Made by a program: the position numbers and the translations under genes. A DNA stretch of 64,000 nucleotides from a virus: the IMG/VR virus record IMGVR_UViG_3300021197_001279, positions 22,005 to 86,004 of that record; one strand, given 5' to 3'. Shown here in pieces: positions 34,441 to 45,500 of this stretch. The notes under the pieces are model-generated. The model searched no databases and was not told the DNA's origin. It saw only the letters and a list, made by a program, of their open reading frames with translations. The stretch's first letter is position 1. Each line of letters begins with the position of its first letter.

Positions 34441-37406
34441 TAGTATCCTCCTCCACCACGTCTTCTGGTTGTTGAGGTAGTTGCGGCTTGCCGTCTTTGT
34501 CTTCTAGTAGAAGAAGAATCAGTTACCTGACCTCTATTTGAAACCCTAGAGCCAACTCTCTGATTTGTTGTTTGACTGGTTCCGATTATCTTTGTAGATT
34601 TAACATAAGAACTATCTAATCTCTGTGTAACTATGTTTGTGGTGGAGTATTTTACAATCGGGGATACCACTGTGGAAATATTGGAAATCGTTAGTGATGG
34701 TATCTCACTGTATTGGGGTGTGGACAGATCTTTATTGGACACAACAAAAGTTTGGTTCCGTACGGGGAACATTAGGTTAGCGCTTGGCCCTAGGTCCATA
34801 GGGGCATCCTCATAGTACCTCATTCTACACAAAAGAGTTGAGTCTTCTGTTACATCCGATGTCTTTAGCATCTCGAAAATAGGCTGCGTTACAATCTCTA
34901 CACCGTTTGAATCAGTAGCAAAGCCAGTGATTTTTTCAATTTTTTGCATGGCTTTGAAAGCAATCTCAAATGCATTTAGGGATGATACTTCCTTGAGCGG
35001 GTCAACGGGCGACTGTAAAATGTTGTTTTTGACAGAATTAGACCTTGAGTTAATCAGCGCCTTGGTTTGTATTGGTTGATTGGCCACATCTTCAGCACTG
35101 TATTTTGCGGAACCTAGAATGTAAGATAAAACATTATCAGCGGAGGCAAAATTATAAGCAGCTGACCCAAGAGTAGGATTGTTATTAAAAGTAGCAACAA
35201 TTTGCCCTACTGCTAGTTGGGTATCTTCGGTCGCCGGTGGTGTGAATTCATTGTCAACATTAATAAATTCAGAATTCTCTCCTAAGTAATGGACACTTTC
35301 AATTAATGTTTTTTGTGCCTCTTCTTCATTCTGGCCTGAGGTGTCTTGTACTTCAGTTTTTAATGATGGATTAGAAAAGCCAAAGCCACGCATTAAATTT
35401 TTTGCCAAACCATGATTATTTTTCTTTCCGACTCTTGTCCGACCTGTCGTGGTTTGACTGGAGGTTCTTCTTATACTAGTTGCAATTTGTCGTGCACCAG
35501 CCACAAGGTCGTTTGTTTTCTTCAAATCAAGGCTATCAACATTCTCAATTGATACCGTCTCGTCCCTGTACTGTAATGATAAAGGCGAAAAGTAAGAAAC
35601 CTTTACGGACTCAAGTGTAGTCAATGCACTCTGCATTTCCTTAGGCAGGGACTTTAACTCTTCTGCTGTTGCAATGTTGGAATCGTAATAAAATCTACTA
35701 AGTTCCTGTGACCCTCTACTAAGTAAATCTTCTGGTCTTAAAACTGGTAGGCCCTTTGTTACAACTGGTGGTATGTAATTGTACGAACGATTGTAATCAA
35801 AGAAATTAACATTGTCCTCGAAAGTCTTATTAAGAAAGATACGAGCCGGCATGAAAGTCGTCTTGGTTGTTTTTGGTGTCTTGCTGTTGTATTCATTACG
35901 AACACCGAAGCGCTCAAACATGAGACTGCTTAAATCGTCTAAATCGGCAATAAATTTTTCTGATGTTGTTGGGTTGTAAGAGGCAACAGAGAAGCCTTTA
36001 ATTTTTTCATTAATGAGTCTTCTTTTCTCTGTGTCGTTAAAATCTTTGAAATACTGTAAATTATTGTAGTAAACTTCTATGATTGAAGATACATCAGCAG
36101 GGACAAAGACTCCATCCCTAAGCCTTCTCATCTCATAATCATAAGAGCCTTTCCTGCTTAATGCGTGATGTATCTCTTTCATTCTGCTCAAAGAAGAGCG
36201 AAGTTGTAAAATTATGTTATCGATGTATTCTTGTGATTTATCTTTAATTGTTAACTCAACTGAATATTTAAAATTACCCTTGTTCTTTCTTGTTTTAGAG
36301 TCATCGGTAAACTCAAACGCACGAATGTTTCTGTTCGTGAACAGGTATCTTTCCTTCAATAGTTCTTGAGGCCTCAGGGAATAAGGCGCTATGTCTGTAG
36401 AAGAGGCAATTATGACACTCTTTTTCGTATTGAGTGTGCTATTTTGGTAAGACCCCATTTTTCCTTTAACTAATCTAACATTGGCATTAAACCTCTTGAC
36501 AATCATTTGGGAGATTTGAATCTGGTTTAGAAAGTCGTTAAACATCCTCGCACTTAAATCTGCTATCTTTGTACCAAGTTTTGTTCTAGTAAGCAATAGT
36601 TGCTTCATGTTGACGAAAAACATTCCATTCAAATCATCATTGTTATTAACAGACAAATGAAGGTTGCTAATCACTGGGTTATTTTGGATTGAGTCTCTTT
36701 GTCTATCAGAAAAGCTTCTCCCTCTTCGGTCTACTAGTTTTAGGTTTTGAACGGTTGCTGTTCTAAGCACGCTATGGGGTGCTGCTGTGTGTCTAGATCC
36801 TTCCATGTACATTCCGTCATGTTGATGGACAGGGCCACTCCAGACCGTATTATCAGGCTTGTAGAACACAGTAGATGTCTTAACAGCAGTGCCTCTTGCT
36901 AATACCCGTTCTGAAACCAGTGCTCCGTGATAAGAGGACAACTCGCCGGTCATGTCAAGTTGTAAAAAGCCACTAAGAGCCTTTGTATCAATGTAGCATA
37001 CTGCAAAGATGGACAAATTTTCTGTATCAGAAGGGACGGTAAACTTAACTTTTTTTACATAAGCACCGTTTAATTTTTTAAATTGTTTAATCGGAAATTC
37101 ATGAATCTTAGTGGTATCATCAAAGAAAGCGTTTTTTTGTAATTCTGATGGTAGTGGAGAAACAGTGCCCTCAGTCAAACGCTGTGAAAGCGATGGTCTT
37201 CTGGTTTCAATCAAGGCAACCTTTAAAAAATCAGAAAACAAAGAGTTGTAGCCCCAGATGGTTCTATCCCCTTCCGTGGCATCAAACAACTCCAAGTTAA
37301 CTGAGCATGTAAAGGACTTGGTTGTGTTATCATCCAAGACTATTCTGGCAATGTAACAGTTCGGGACATTTTCCAAACCTACTAATTCATTCGGCATTAG
37401 TCGCAA
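34440..37406 (-). CDS. Hypothetical baseplate-region protein (988 aa)
   Basis: His cluster WSGPVHQHDGMYMEGSRH...H; Arg/Thr/Ser-rich tail. Confidence 0.55.
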   Translation of the reverse strand: MRLMPNELVGLENVPNCYIARIVLDDNTTKSFTCSVNLELFDATEGDRTIWGYNSLFSDFLKVALIETRRPSLSQRLTEGTVSPLPSELQKNAFFDDTTKIHEFPIKQFKKLNGAYVKKVKFTVPSDTENLSIFAVCYIDTKALSGFLQLDMTGELSSYHGALVSERVLARGTAVKTSTVFYKPDNTVWSGPVHQHDGMYMEGSRHTAAPHSVLRTATVQNLKLVDRRGRSFSDRQRDSIQNNPVISNLHLSVNNNDDLNGMFFVNMKQLLLTRTKLGTKIADLSARMFNDFLNQIQISQMIVKRFNANVRLVKGKMGSYQNSTLNTKKSVIIASSTDIAPYSLRPQELLKERYLFTNRNIRAFEFTDDSKTRKNKGNFKYSVELTIKDKSQEYIDNIILQLRSSLSRMKEIHHALSRKGSYDYEMRRLRDGVFVPADVSSIIEVYYNNLQYFKDFNDTEKRRLINEKIKGFSVASYNPTTSEKFIADLDDLSSLMFERFGVRNEYNSKTPKTTKTTFMPARIFLNKTFEDNVNFFDYNRSYNYIPPVVTKGLPVLRPEDLLSRGSQELSRFYYDSNIATAEELKSLPKEMQSALTTLESVKVSYFSPLSLQYRDETVSIENVDSLDLKKTNDLVAGARQIATSIRRTSSQTTTGRTRVGKKNNHGLAKNLMRGFGFSNPSLKTEVQDTSGQNEEEAQKTLIESVHYLGENSEFINVDNEFTPPATEDTQLAVGQIVATFNNNPTLGSAAYNFASADNVLSYILGSAKYSAEDVANQPIQTKALINSRSNSVKNNILQSPVDPLKEVSSLNAFEIAFKAMQKIEKITGFATDSNGVEIVTQPIFEMLKTSDVTEDSTLLCRMRYYEDAPMDLGPSANLMFPVRNQTFVVSNKDLSTPQYSEIPSLTISNISTVVSPIVKYSTTNIVTQRLDSSYVKSTKIIGTSQTTNQRVGSRVSNRGQVTDSSSTRRQRRQAATTSTTRRRGGGGY

Positions 37407-38362
37407 ACCTCCACATCAGTAACTCTTGTTCCGTAAATGTCAAAATCAATAGCCTCACGGTCTGGGCAGTTAACTTCGGCATCAATAAAGATTTCTTTTG
37501 ACTTTAGGCTCTCAAGACCATCGCAAATGTCACTCTCTGGTATCTCACTGTCTGTTAGAAAGTTAAAGTAATGCTCGACATAATCAGGAGTTGGGTCTAC
37601 CGAAACAGGAGTTGAGTCAACCATTAAGTCGTCAACTATTGTTTTTTGTTCTGGTAGGAATTTTAGCGATTTAAATGTTTCATTTCCAGAAACCTCGTCA
37701 TACATAAACACTTCCACTTCTAGACCGTCTTTAAACTTAAACCCATTTAACTCAAGAAGTTCAACGAGTATTTGATCTTCATCAATTTTTATGTATGTGT
37801 TGTCAGGCTTAGTGGCACTCACAGATTTGTTGAGGCTTGATAGTCTACCTCGAACCCTTGGGTCATTTGCGGTATTGCCAACGCTCATTGTGTACTCTAC
37901 ATCACAATTGATTTGCGGAATGTGCTTTTCGTAATAAGAACCAGTCAGTGTAGACTCAACGCTACCAGAGATTTTACCTTGAATAAAAGATGTCTTAAAC
38001 CTTGGAGGCTCATCTTTTGCCGCATCGGAAGTCCCAAGGGGTTCGGTTAAAAAATGAACCCTTTGTTGTGTACTTGGTCTTCTGATTTTCTTAACTGAAA
38101 GGTAGTTTTCTGACTGGGTGATTGTACTACCGGGAGAATCTATGTCTCTCTGTGGTCTTAGGCGTGGTGTTTCTTCAATAATTCTGGTTCTGATAGCGGT
38201 GCTATCCTCGGTAAACCCACCAGCAGCAGCATCATAAAGAATGTCATCATCAAAAAATGCATAATAAGCCGGCTTCAATCTGCCGAGAGAAAGAAGATGA
38301 CGACCGTATGGGGTCAATTCAATTGAGATAACATCTTGTTTTTTATCAAAAAATGTTGTCAA
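37397..38362 (-). CDS. Baseplate/tail structural protein
   Basis: N-terminal ELTPYGRHLLSLG..KPAYYAFFDDDILYD is paralogous to the N-terminus of 31555-32505. Confidence 0.6.
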   Translation of the reverse strand: MTTFFDKKQDVISIELTPYGRHLLSLGRLKPAYYAFFDDDILYDAAAGGFTEDSTAIRTRIIEETPRLRPQRDIDSPGSTITQSENYLSVKKIRRPSTQQRVHFLTEPLGTSDAAKDEPPRFKTSFIQGKISGSVESTLTGSYYEKHIPQINCDVEYTMSVGNTANDPRVRGRLSSLNKSVSATKPDNTYIKIDEDQILVELLELNGFKFKDGLEVEVFMYDEVSGNETFKSLKFLPEQKTIVDDLMVDSTPVSVDPTPDYVEHYFNFLTDSEIPESDICDGLESLKSKEIFIDAEVNCPDREAIDFDIYGTRVTDVEVCD

Positions 38363-41300
38363 AGCCCAACTCCTCCGCCACCAGAAAATCCAGGACCAGA
38401 GCCTCCTCCAGAATTACTACCACCAGATGTCCCTCCGGCTAACAAAGAAGCAGCAGTGGAACCAGCAGAAGCAGCAGGTGTTGGTTTAGCTGCTTGAACA
38501 ACAGCTTTTTGTCTTGTACTCTTTGGAACGTCGGCTTTTATGTCTTGCATTATTTTATTATCCACCGGTGGAGGGAGGTTTCCAAGATTGACTTCCGCAT
38601 CTATTTTAACTAGTTCTACGAGCGAAAAGAAATCGTAAGGCCAGTTGTAAGTAATCCCCGTGTCATCACCTAGTTGACCAGAAGTAGTGCCCTCTAAATC
38701 AATACCTGATGTATCTGCTGTAGTTCCTTTCTTATCAACAACTTTATCGAAATAATTTGTCTTTGCTCTTTTCTTGGCTTTAAAAATCATCCATTGAATC
38801 TTGCTATCAAGATTTGTTTGAATGTTTTTACGAACCTCTCCAGCTTGAATCTCTGCTCCGCCACCAAGTAATTCTTCGCTAACAAGAGAGTGGCCAATAG
38901 TAACCTCTGACTCTTCGAAAGAACGACCAATTTGTGGGGGTAGATTCTGCCACATGTTAGTTACATCTTCTCTGGTAAGATTATGCTTGAATTCAAAAAC
39001 ATACATTGCAAATGGATCAATCTCGTTGTATTTTACAAAGTCCATTGAAGGGGGAAATACATACTTTTTCATGTTGCGAACCATGTCAACAATAGACTTT
39101 CCTGTCTTCGGTTCAACAAGGGGAGGGTACACACCTGGTGCAACTTCTCTTCTAATGCCATCTAGGGCCTCATCGATGTCTCGTCGAGCGATTGAGAAGA
39201 ATTTACGAGTACCGTCTTGTTCTAAGAAAGGCACTGCAACAACAGCCTCAGAAATTTCTTTTACTAGCGGGGCTTCACCAAGACGAACTGGTTCTTTAGA
39301 GAATCCGCATAGATCTGCCAAAGAGCGTACATAAGTATCCTGCTCTGTTCGACGTATTCCTAGTTGTCCTGTCATCCAGTCGGACGGCAGATCAGTTACT
39401 TGAAGGAAAATTCCTTTTGCTGGGTCTGTTTCTATCACACCTTTTTGGTGCCACATGCCTCTCGCTGATGATTCTGAAGCAAATGTCGGAATTGTTAAAG
39501 CACTATCTTCTAGACTGCTGTATGAATTGAAGTTCAGCATTGGAGTTTCGAATTTAGGCTGTATGATCCACCTTGCTTTCCTGTTGTTTGTGACATCTGT
39601 TGTCACATCAATGGTTTCTTCTCCAACATTCTGTGGGTTAATCTCGCCTTTTGAGAAAAGGTTAACGCTTGAGTTAAGTTGCATGGCATTGTAGTTGATA
39701 TAATAACTATTTTGTGGTGCTGAAACGACAGGAGGCTTTGGGACTGTAAATTGTCTTGATGTGTAGTTATAAAAACCTGTTGCGCCCAAGTTTGAATTAG
39801 ACCTGCCACTTGAAGAAGTTATGACCGTGTTGTCTAAAACACTAAGTATCAACTCTCTCCATACGTTATCAGAGCCTGAGTATTCACTGTAGGTTCCAGT
39901 TGCAAAGTGAAATCCTTCATAACCAGTCAAATCACGTACTGTTGAATTTTCTGGTGTCCAATGTCTTGTAAAGTAAGGGTACTTTGAAACGTTAGTTAGA
40001 ATCTCATCAAGTGAATACTTTCTTGATTCTGTCGGCCTAAAGATGACATCACACCAAGCCTCTCCATTATAATAAGGTGGGGTAAACGGATAATTTGAAC
40101 CGCTAAAAGAGTCTGGTCTTTGAAAAGTTCTTGAGCCTAATAGGCACTCGTTACCAAGAGATGGTATTCCGAAAGCCGATGGTCTGGAGTACATCGTAAA
40201 GTTTTCTCGTGCACCACCAATAGCATTTTCATCTTGGGGCGGTATGACTAAAAAATCAGCAGGAGCATTTGTCGTGTTTGCCGCGTACTGGTCCTTAAGA
40301 GAATCGGTTGATTTGTACATCTTGATTCTCATCATGTAGTACTTGCCGGCCTCTGCGTTACCGAATGATGGATTTTGTGACTCAAGCGAGGCTAGAGTTG
40401 TGAAATTACTATCTTTTAAGAAAAACTCTGGAACTTCAGCCAAGAAGTTATTGGCCAACTTCTTGTATAGATTATCGCCATCTCCGGCCCAAATAGCGGT
40501 TAGTTCTTCATCTTGAAGACCGAATGGGTGAGGCTCCTGGGTGGAATATTCATCCTGCGCTAAGAATGTCTCTGGCTCAACAAGTGCTTCAAAGGGTATT
40601 CTCTTACTGAATACTGAGTTTAGTTGATTATTAAATCCCTTATCATGAGCAGAGCCAGTACACAGAGAAGAACCTGTGATAACAAAGTTTATTTTGTCTT
40701 CAGAGCCGCCGAGTGTTACATCGAATGACCCGACTTCAATCGCACCGGCACCACCGTCTTTAGCAAATAAGACTGGGTAGTCACATGCAACACCGGCCTT
40801 AATGGTGTTAAATAAGGCACCTGGTGCAAACAATGGTTCTATCAATGGCTGGACGGCAAATGGCTGGTCTCCTGATGCAATTGTGCCTGTCTGGAATAAC
40901 TGGATGTTATTTGCATATGATGAATAAAACTGCTGACTCATTTGAGTTGCTCTTTCTGCCGGGTAGAAACCCTCGTATGGAAGAAATTTCTTAACAGCCT
41001 TACATCTCAAAGCAAGAGAGATTGGATTAGCAAAATCCTCATGATCTTTCTTGATCAAATCAAAGTGCTTTAAGAATTCACTGTTCGATAGAACTTTATA
41101 GAACGTTGAAGAACCACTAGTGGTCGTATTCTGCTCTAAGGCACCAGATAACTCAAAAATCTCTTTTAGTTCCTCAGTGACACCTTTGGTCTCGTAAGTA
41201 TTTACGTGAGAACTGATTCTAAACTCTGGTACAATTGAGTAGCCTTGACCTTTCAATCGGATGTTTTGATTGAATTCTTCATAAGAATCATAAGATGGAC

Positions 41301-42594
41301 CAGAACCGTGTTGCTTTGCTGCATCCCAAGCTGCGAGGCCTTCAAACAATGAACCGGTTGCAATCGCTGTTTTCCCTGCCGTCTCTGCAATGTCCATGCC
41401 CGGTTGAGGTGAAACAGATTGAATTGTGTTGAGAGTATGTCTTCGAGAATAAAAAGCGGATGATGTTAAGAACTGGTGCCTTGTTGGGGTTGGTGAGACT
41501 TCATAAATTGAAGGAGTACCATCGGCAGCGTATTGACCTCTGGCAATTTGACTATAAGAATTCATTAACATTCCAGCGCCACCAGCAGAAGCCGACAGTG
41601 CAGTGTTGAAAACTGTTGCACTAGTTCCTGTTTGTTTACCAGTATCATAGCCGCCTATACCTACTGCGGATACACCAGATACCAAAATACTGCCACCTCT
41701 AGAGCCGCCAACATAGTAACCGTAAGCAAAAATGCTATTAAAGTTAGTAGATGCACTGGCGATACTTCTTGTTGCCCAATCTTGTTGAACATCGAGAGGC
41801 CACATTGATTGAGACGGAACCGTAATTCCAAAGCCATTGCTAGTTCCAGATTCTGCCCTGTTCTCTCTTGCATCTCTCCAAGAGGTATTCACAAAGAACG
41901 TTCGTGATCTTGTCTTGTCAAGAAAAGCAAATTCCTGCTTTGGCCAAATCTGTTGCTTGTACGAAAGGAATTGGAATCTATCCATTGGTGATGAATCACT
42001 TGCAAGAGCATCATTAAGATATAATTTCTTAAGATTCTCATAGTTCTCATCAGTCTCGAAAACCAATTCATAGTAGCGATTCGGCTCATCATTTGCAAAG
42101 AACATCATCTGACTACCGAAAGATGTCTTTAAACGAACGCTATGCTTGATTTCCTCGTCTTTTGTTGAGTCATAGACACTTACCCCTCCATACAACTCAA
42201 GCGGCTTGTGAGAGGCGTTTACGACCGGTTCTGTGAATACATTAATTGCACCATAACGGTCGGTGATTTGATTTGTTCTTCCTCCGATGGTTACATCGCG
42301 AGAAGTTCCTGGTTCGGTGACGTAAGTAAATGTGTTATTAAGGATTTGATTTCTTGTTAAATGGTTTTGCCCTGCTCGGATTTGTTTCCACATGGGAGAA
42401 CCGTATGGGCCATTTCTGTAAACGTTTAGTCCGTTAAAATAATGACTTGCTAATGAAGTTGAAGTAACATTTGGATTAAAGTATTCACCAGTATCGGTCC
42501 CAAGAGGGTAACCGAGTGTGTTAGAGCCATCAGAGGCGCTAACTGGTTGATTAAAAAGTGTATTTAGTCCGACAAAATCCTGATAGATTGCCAT
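38359..42594 (-). CDS. Large hypothetical virion protein (~1411 aa; start revised to MAIYQ)
   Basis: Long ORF in the baseplate block; GGAG SD before ATG 42594. Confidence 0.6.
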   Translation of the reverse strand: MAIYQDFVGLNTLFNQPVSASDGSNTLGYPLGTDTGEYFNPNVTSTSLASHYFNGLNVYRNGPYGSPMWKQIRAGQNHLTRNQILNNTFTYVTEPGTSRDVTIGGRTNQITDRYGAINVFTEPVVNASHKPLELYGGVSVYDSTKDEEIKHSVRLKTSFGSQMMFFANDEPNRYYELVFETDENYENLKKLYLNDALASDSSPMDRFQFLSYKQQIWPKQEFAFLDKTRSRTFFVNTSWRDARENRAESGTSNGFGITVPSQSMWPLDVQQDWATRSIASASTNFNSIFAYGYYVGGSRGGSILVSGVSAVGIGGYDTGKQTGTSATVFNTALSASAGGAGMLMNSYSQIARGQYAADGTPSIYEVSPTPTRHQFLTSSAFYSRRHTLNTIQSVSPQPGMDIAETAGKTAIATGSLFEGLAAWDAAKQHGSGPSYDSYEEFNQNIRLKGQGYSIVPEFRISSHVNTYETKGVTEELKEIFELSGALEQNTTTSGSSTFYKVLSNSEFLKHFDLIKKDHEDFANPISLALRCKAVKKFLPYEGFYPAERATQMSQQFYSSYANNIQLFQTGTIASGDQPFAVQPLIEPLFAPGALFNTIKAGVACDYPVLFAKDGGAGAIEVGSFDVTLGGSEDKINFVITGSSLCTGSAHDKGFNNQLNSVFSKRIPFEALVEPETFLAQDEYSTQEPHPFGLQDEELTAIWAGDGDNLYKKLANNFLAEVPEFFLKDSNFTTLASLESQNPSFGNAEAGKYYMMRIKMYKSTDSLKDQYAANTTNAPADFLVIPPQDENAIGGARENFTMYSRPSAFGIPSLGNECLLGSRTFQRPDSFSGSNYPFTPPYYNGEAWCDVIFRPTESRKYSLDEILTNVSKYPYFTRHWTPENSTVRDLTGYEGFHFATGTYSEYSGSDNVWRELILSVLDNTVITSSSGRSNSNLGATGFYNYTSRQFTVPKPPVVSAPQNSYYINYNAMQLNSSVNLFSKGEINPQNVGEETIDVTTDVTNNRKARWIIQPKFETPMLNFNSYSSLEDSALTIPTFASESSARGMWHQKGVIETDPAKGIFLQVTDLPSDWMTGQLGIRRTEQDTYVRSLADLCGFSKEPVRLGEAPLVKEISEAVVAVPFLEQDGTRKFFSIARRDIDEALDGIRREVAPGVYPPLVEPKTGKSIVDMVRNMKKYVFPPSMDFVKYNEIDPFAMYVFEFKHNLTREDVTNMWQNLPPQIGRSFEESEVTIGHSLVSEELLGGGAEIQAGEVRKNIQTNLDSKIQWMIFKAKKRAKTNYFDKVVDKKGTTADTSGIDLEGTTSGQLGDDTGITYNWPYDFFSLVELVKIDAEVNLGNLPPPVDNKIMQDIKADVPKSTRQKAVVQAAKPTPAASAGSTAASLLAGGTSGGSNSGGGSGPGFSGGGGVGL

Positions 42595-42595
42595 T

Positions 42596-45500
42596 TTATT
42601 CTCCAAATAATGCTGATGATGATGGGAACACGATTGCTTCTGTGAATCCTACTGATGAACTTACAATGCCGTTTCGTGGTGCGTAACCGTAAATCTTCTG
42701 ATCTTCTCGCCAATTTGCAGATCCGCTAACAGAATTGTTGATCCAACTGTATTGAAAATCAGATGCAGGAACCAGTGAAGTAATTAGGGCCGTATTATGG
42801 AATTGAGCCTCGACTTCCGCATCGTAAACATCATAAAAACCCTCTGCTATGTCAAAGTCAGTGGTTCCAGTATTCGCGGCTGTGGTAAGGGTGGCGCTGG
42901 TGCTTAGGGAACCTTGAGTTGCTTTAAAGGCAAAACCCTCTGGTACAGCATCGTTAATTTTGTCTCTTTTTGTGTAATCAGTCTCTCCGAGAGGGAAAAA
43001 CTGAGTCAAAGAACCCATCCCACTAGTTGTACCATCTGTGTCTGCGAAGATCTTGGCGGTATCGAGAGCAGTTGCATCAGTTCTTTCGAACACCATGAAA
43101 TTTGAGATAGCGCCGTTAAAAAGTACGTCGGCAAAGTCTAGCCCCATCATGTTGAATTCCGTGGTGTTGGAATTGTATGCCGACGGAGAGCCGCTGTCTG
43201 TAGGTCCGGATGCCTTTGACAATTTTACGTTATTAATTCTAACCTCTGGGTCTGATCCGAATGTTTTAAAGTCAATAATGTAATTGTTCCAATTTGTGTG
43301 TACATGGCCACCAGGTATTGTGTACACAAAAGACCTATGGTTTCCGGCATCTTGATAGATTATCAATCCAACCTCGGTGCTGGATAGAATCTGCACAATA
43401 ATCTTATTCTGCTCGGACATCAAGTATCTATTCGCAGGACTAGCATCATCAAGCTTGACCCACAAAGAAATAGCAGGGGATCTTGTAAAGTCAACACCGA
43501 AATTGGATAATAATGTAGGTTTAACTTCATCCCCTCGATGGACTGCTCTCGCTTTTCTGTCCTGTTGTTCAACCCTCACCATTGTATTTCTGTGTTGTTT
43601 GTGAAATGCTGGCTGTGTGACATAGGTTGCACTTACAACTGATCCAAATGTTGGGTCTGCTCCAAATTTGCCTGAATGAGTGTTAAGGAGTGTTCTAAGC
43701 CCTCGCCTCTCATTAAGTTGATCATTGACTCTTGTCTCGGTAGGCTCACCAGAACCAGAACCTCTTACGGTTAAATTGCGGAAGTTGATTGAGTTATAGA
43801 CTGACTTCTCGCCTGTTGCGATGTCAAGATAACCGCGAGTGTTAACTTGAGGCCCACCAGGAGCAGAGAATCTAGTTGTAATGATGTTCTTTGAGCCTGT
43901 GATGGTCTCTTCTGGTACCTGAAAATCTGTTGACTTATCAGTATAAGAAAGAACCTGTGTGGTCTCTGGGAATGCCGATAGTTCTGCTGGTAAAGCAAAC
44001 CCTGCTGACTTGACAAAATGGCGTTTATTGTTCCCAAATGAATTTAGGAATTCGTATGAATGAAAGTAGTTTCCAACATTTGCAGAGGCTGTTGTTGTCT
44101 GAATGTTCTTTACATTAATCGGTCTCTTGGCTTTTTCTTCTCGGAAATAAATGGCATGTTGTCTTGTAATGTTGGGATAAGGCCCACCATAATCAGGGCC
44201 AACAAATCCAACAGCGCCGTCACGATTTGACACAGTACTATGTTCACCGATAAGAAGTCGCCATGCCTCTGGTCTTGAATACTGATCGTCAAGATTGTTA
44301 ACGGTTGCGCCACCACCCTCAGTAACGAGAGTTGTATCGCGCCTGTTTAAATCAACGTGTCTTGCTTGGTTTCCACCTACCCATTGGTTTGTAAATGGAC
44401 CCTGCATAGGAACTTCATTTGTGATGTCAATAGTATCAGCGTGTATGTTTGTAAAAACTACATTGTTTCTAAATTCATCATCAACTCTTTTGTTGTAACC
44501 GGTTGTTATCGACCCAGAAACAATATTAAACGGCCAGTAGTGTTCTGATTTCAACTTGAACTCAGCATCTGCAAGTGGAGACAACGGAGCGGTACCTTGC
44601 TCATCGGATGATCGTCCAACGATACATTCCGCGTTGAATTTGTAAAGTAAATTTGGATTCAAAACATCATCACACTTTTGCTTTTCTTGAATGCCCTGTC
44701 CGGTACCAAGACCAATACCAAAAACATTCTTTGGCGCACCTGATGCGAACTCTCCACCATGAGGAGTTGTTACCTCACGAACAAAGTTGCGGTTCTTCTG
44801 GAGGGAGTAATTTGTCCCTCCATGAATTGAGTTGTTAAAGCCAATAGAAATAGCGTAGGGGCGAGACAGTTTTCTTCTGGCATAAGTTGAACCTTGGTAA
44901 ATTGTCTTGTCTGGTTGGGCTAAATTGGAACTTGTTTGATTAGTCTGGTTAACTAAAACCTGTCGGATAATCTCACGATCAGCAATGTCTGATCTTTCTT
45001 CCCTCTCTTTCATCCACAGGCAGTTTACATTCTCTCTATTTTGAACAAACTGTCCTTGATCAAACACATCGTTGGTGAGAGATACGCTACTGTTCGGGTT
45101 TATAACAAAATTCTGCCCAGACACTACATCTTGAATAAGGGCATTTGTGTCTCCTGGTGTATCGCCCATTCTCCAGTGGGCAACAACAGAGTTGTTGTCA
45201 GAAAATGCATCAGAAGTAGGGTCAAAATATTTCCCACTATTATAAAGTTCAGAAATCTGAGAGTTTGTTAGTGACCCAGTGAAGAAAGTTATTTCATCAA
45301 ATTCAGTGTCATAGCTACTGTTTGATGCTAATTCTACCCTATCAACAGCACCCTCGATTAAAAAAGCACTAGTATTAGTGTTATCCGAGCCAGGACTGCT
45401 AACAACTGCCTCTGTACCGTTAATGAAAAGTTTTAAATTAGATGTTGGGTCTCCGCTTGAAGCCGTATGAATAATACTTGACACACTGTCTTCTACCTTG

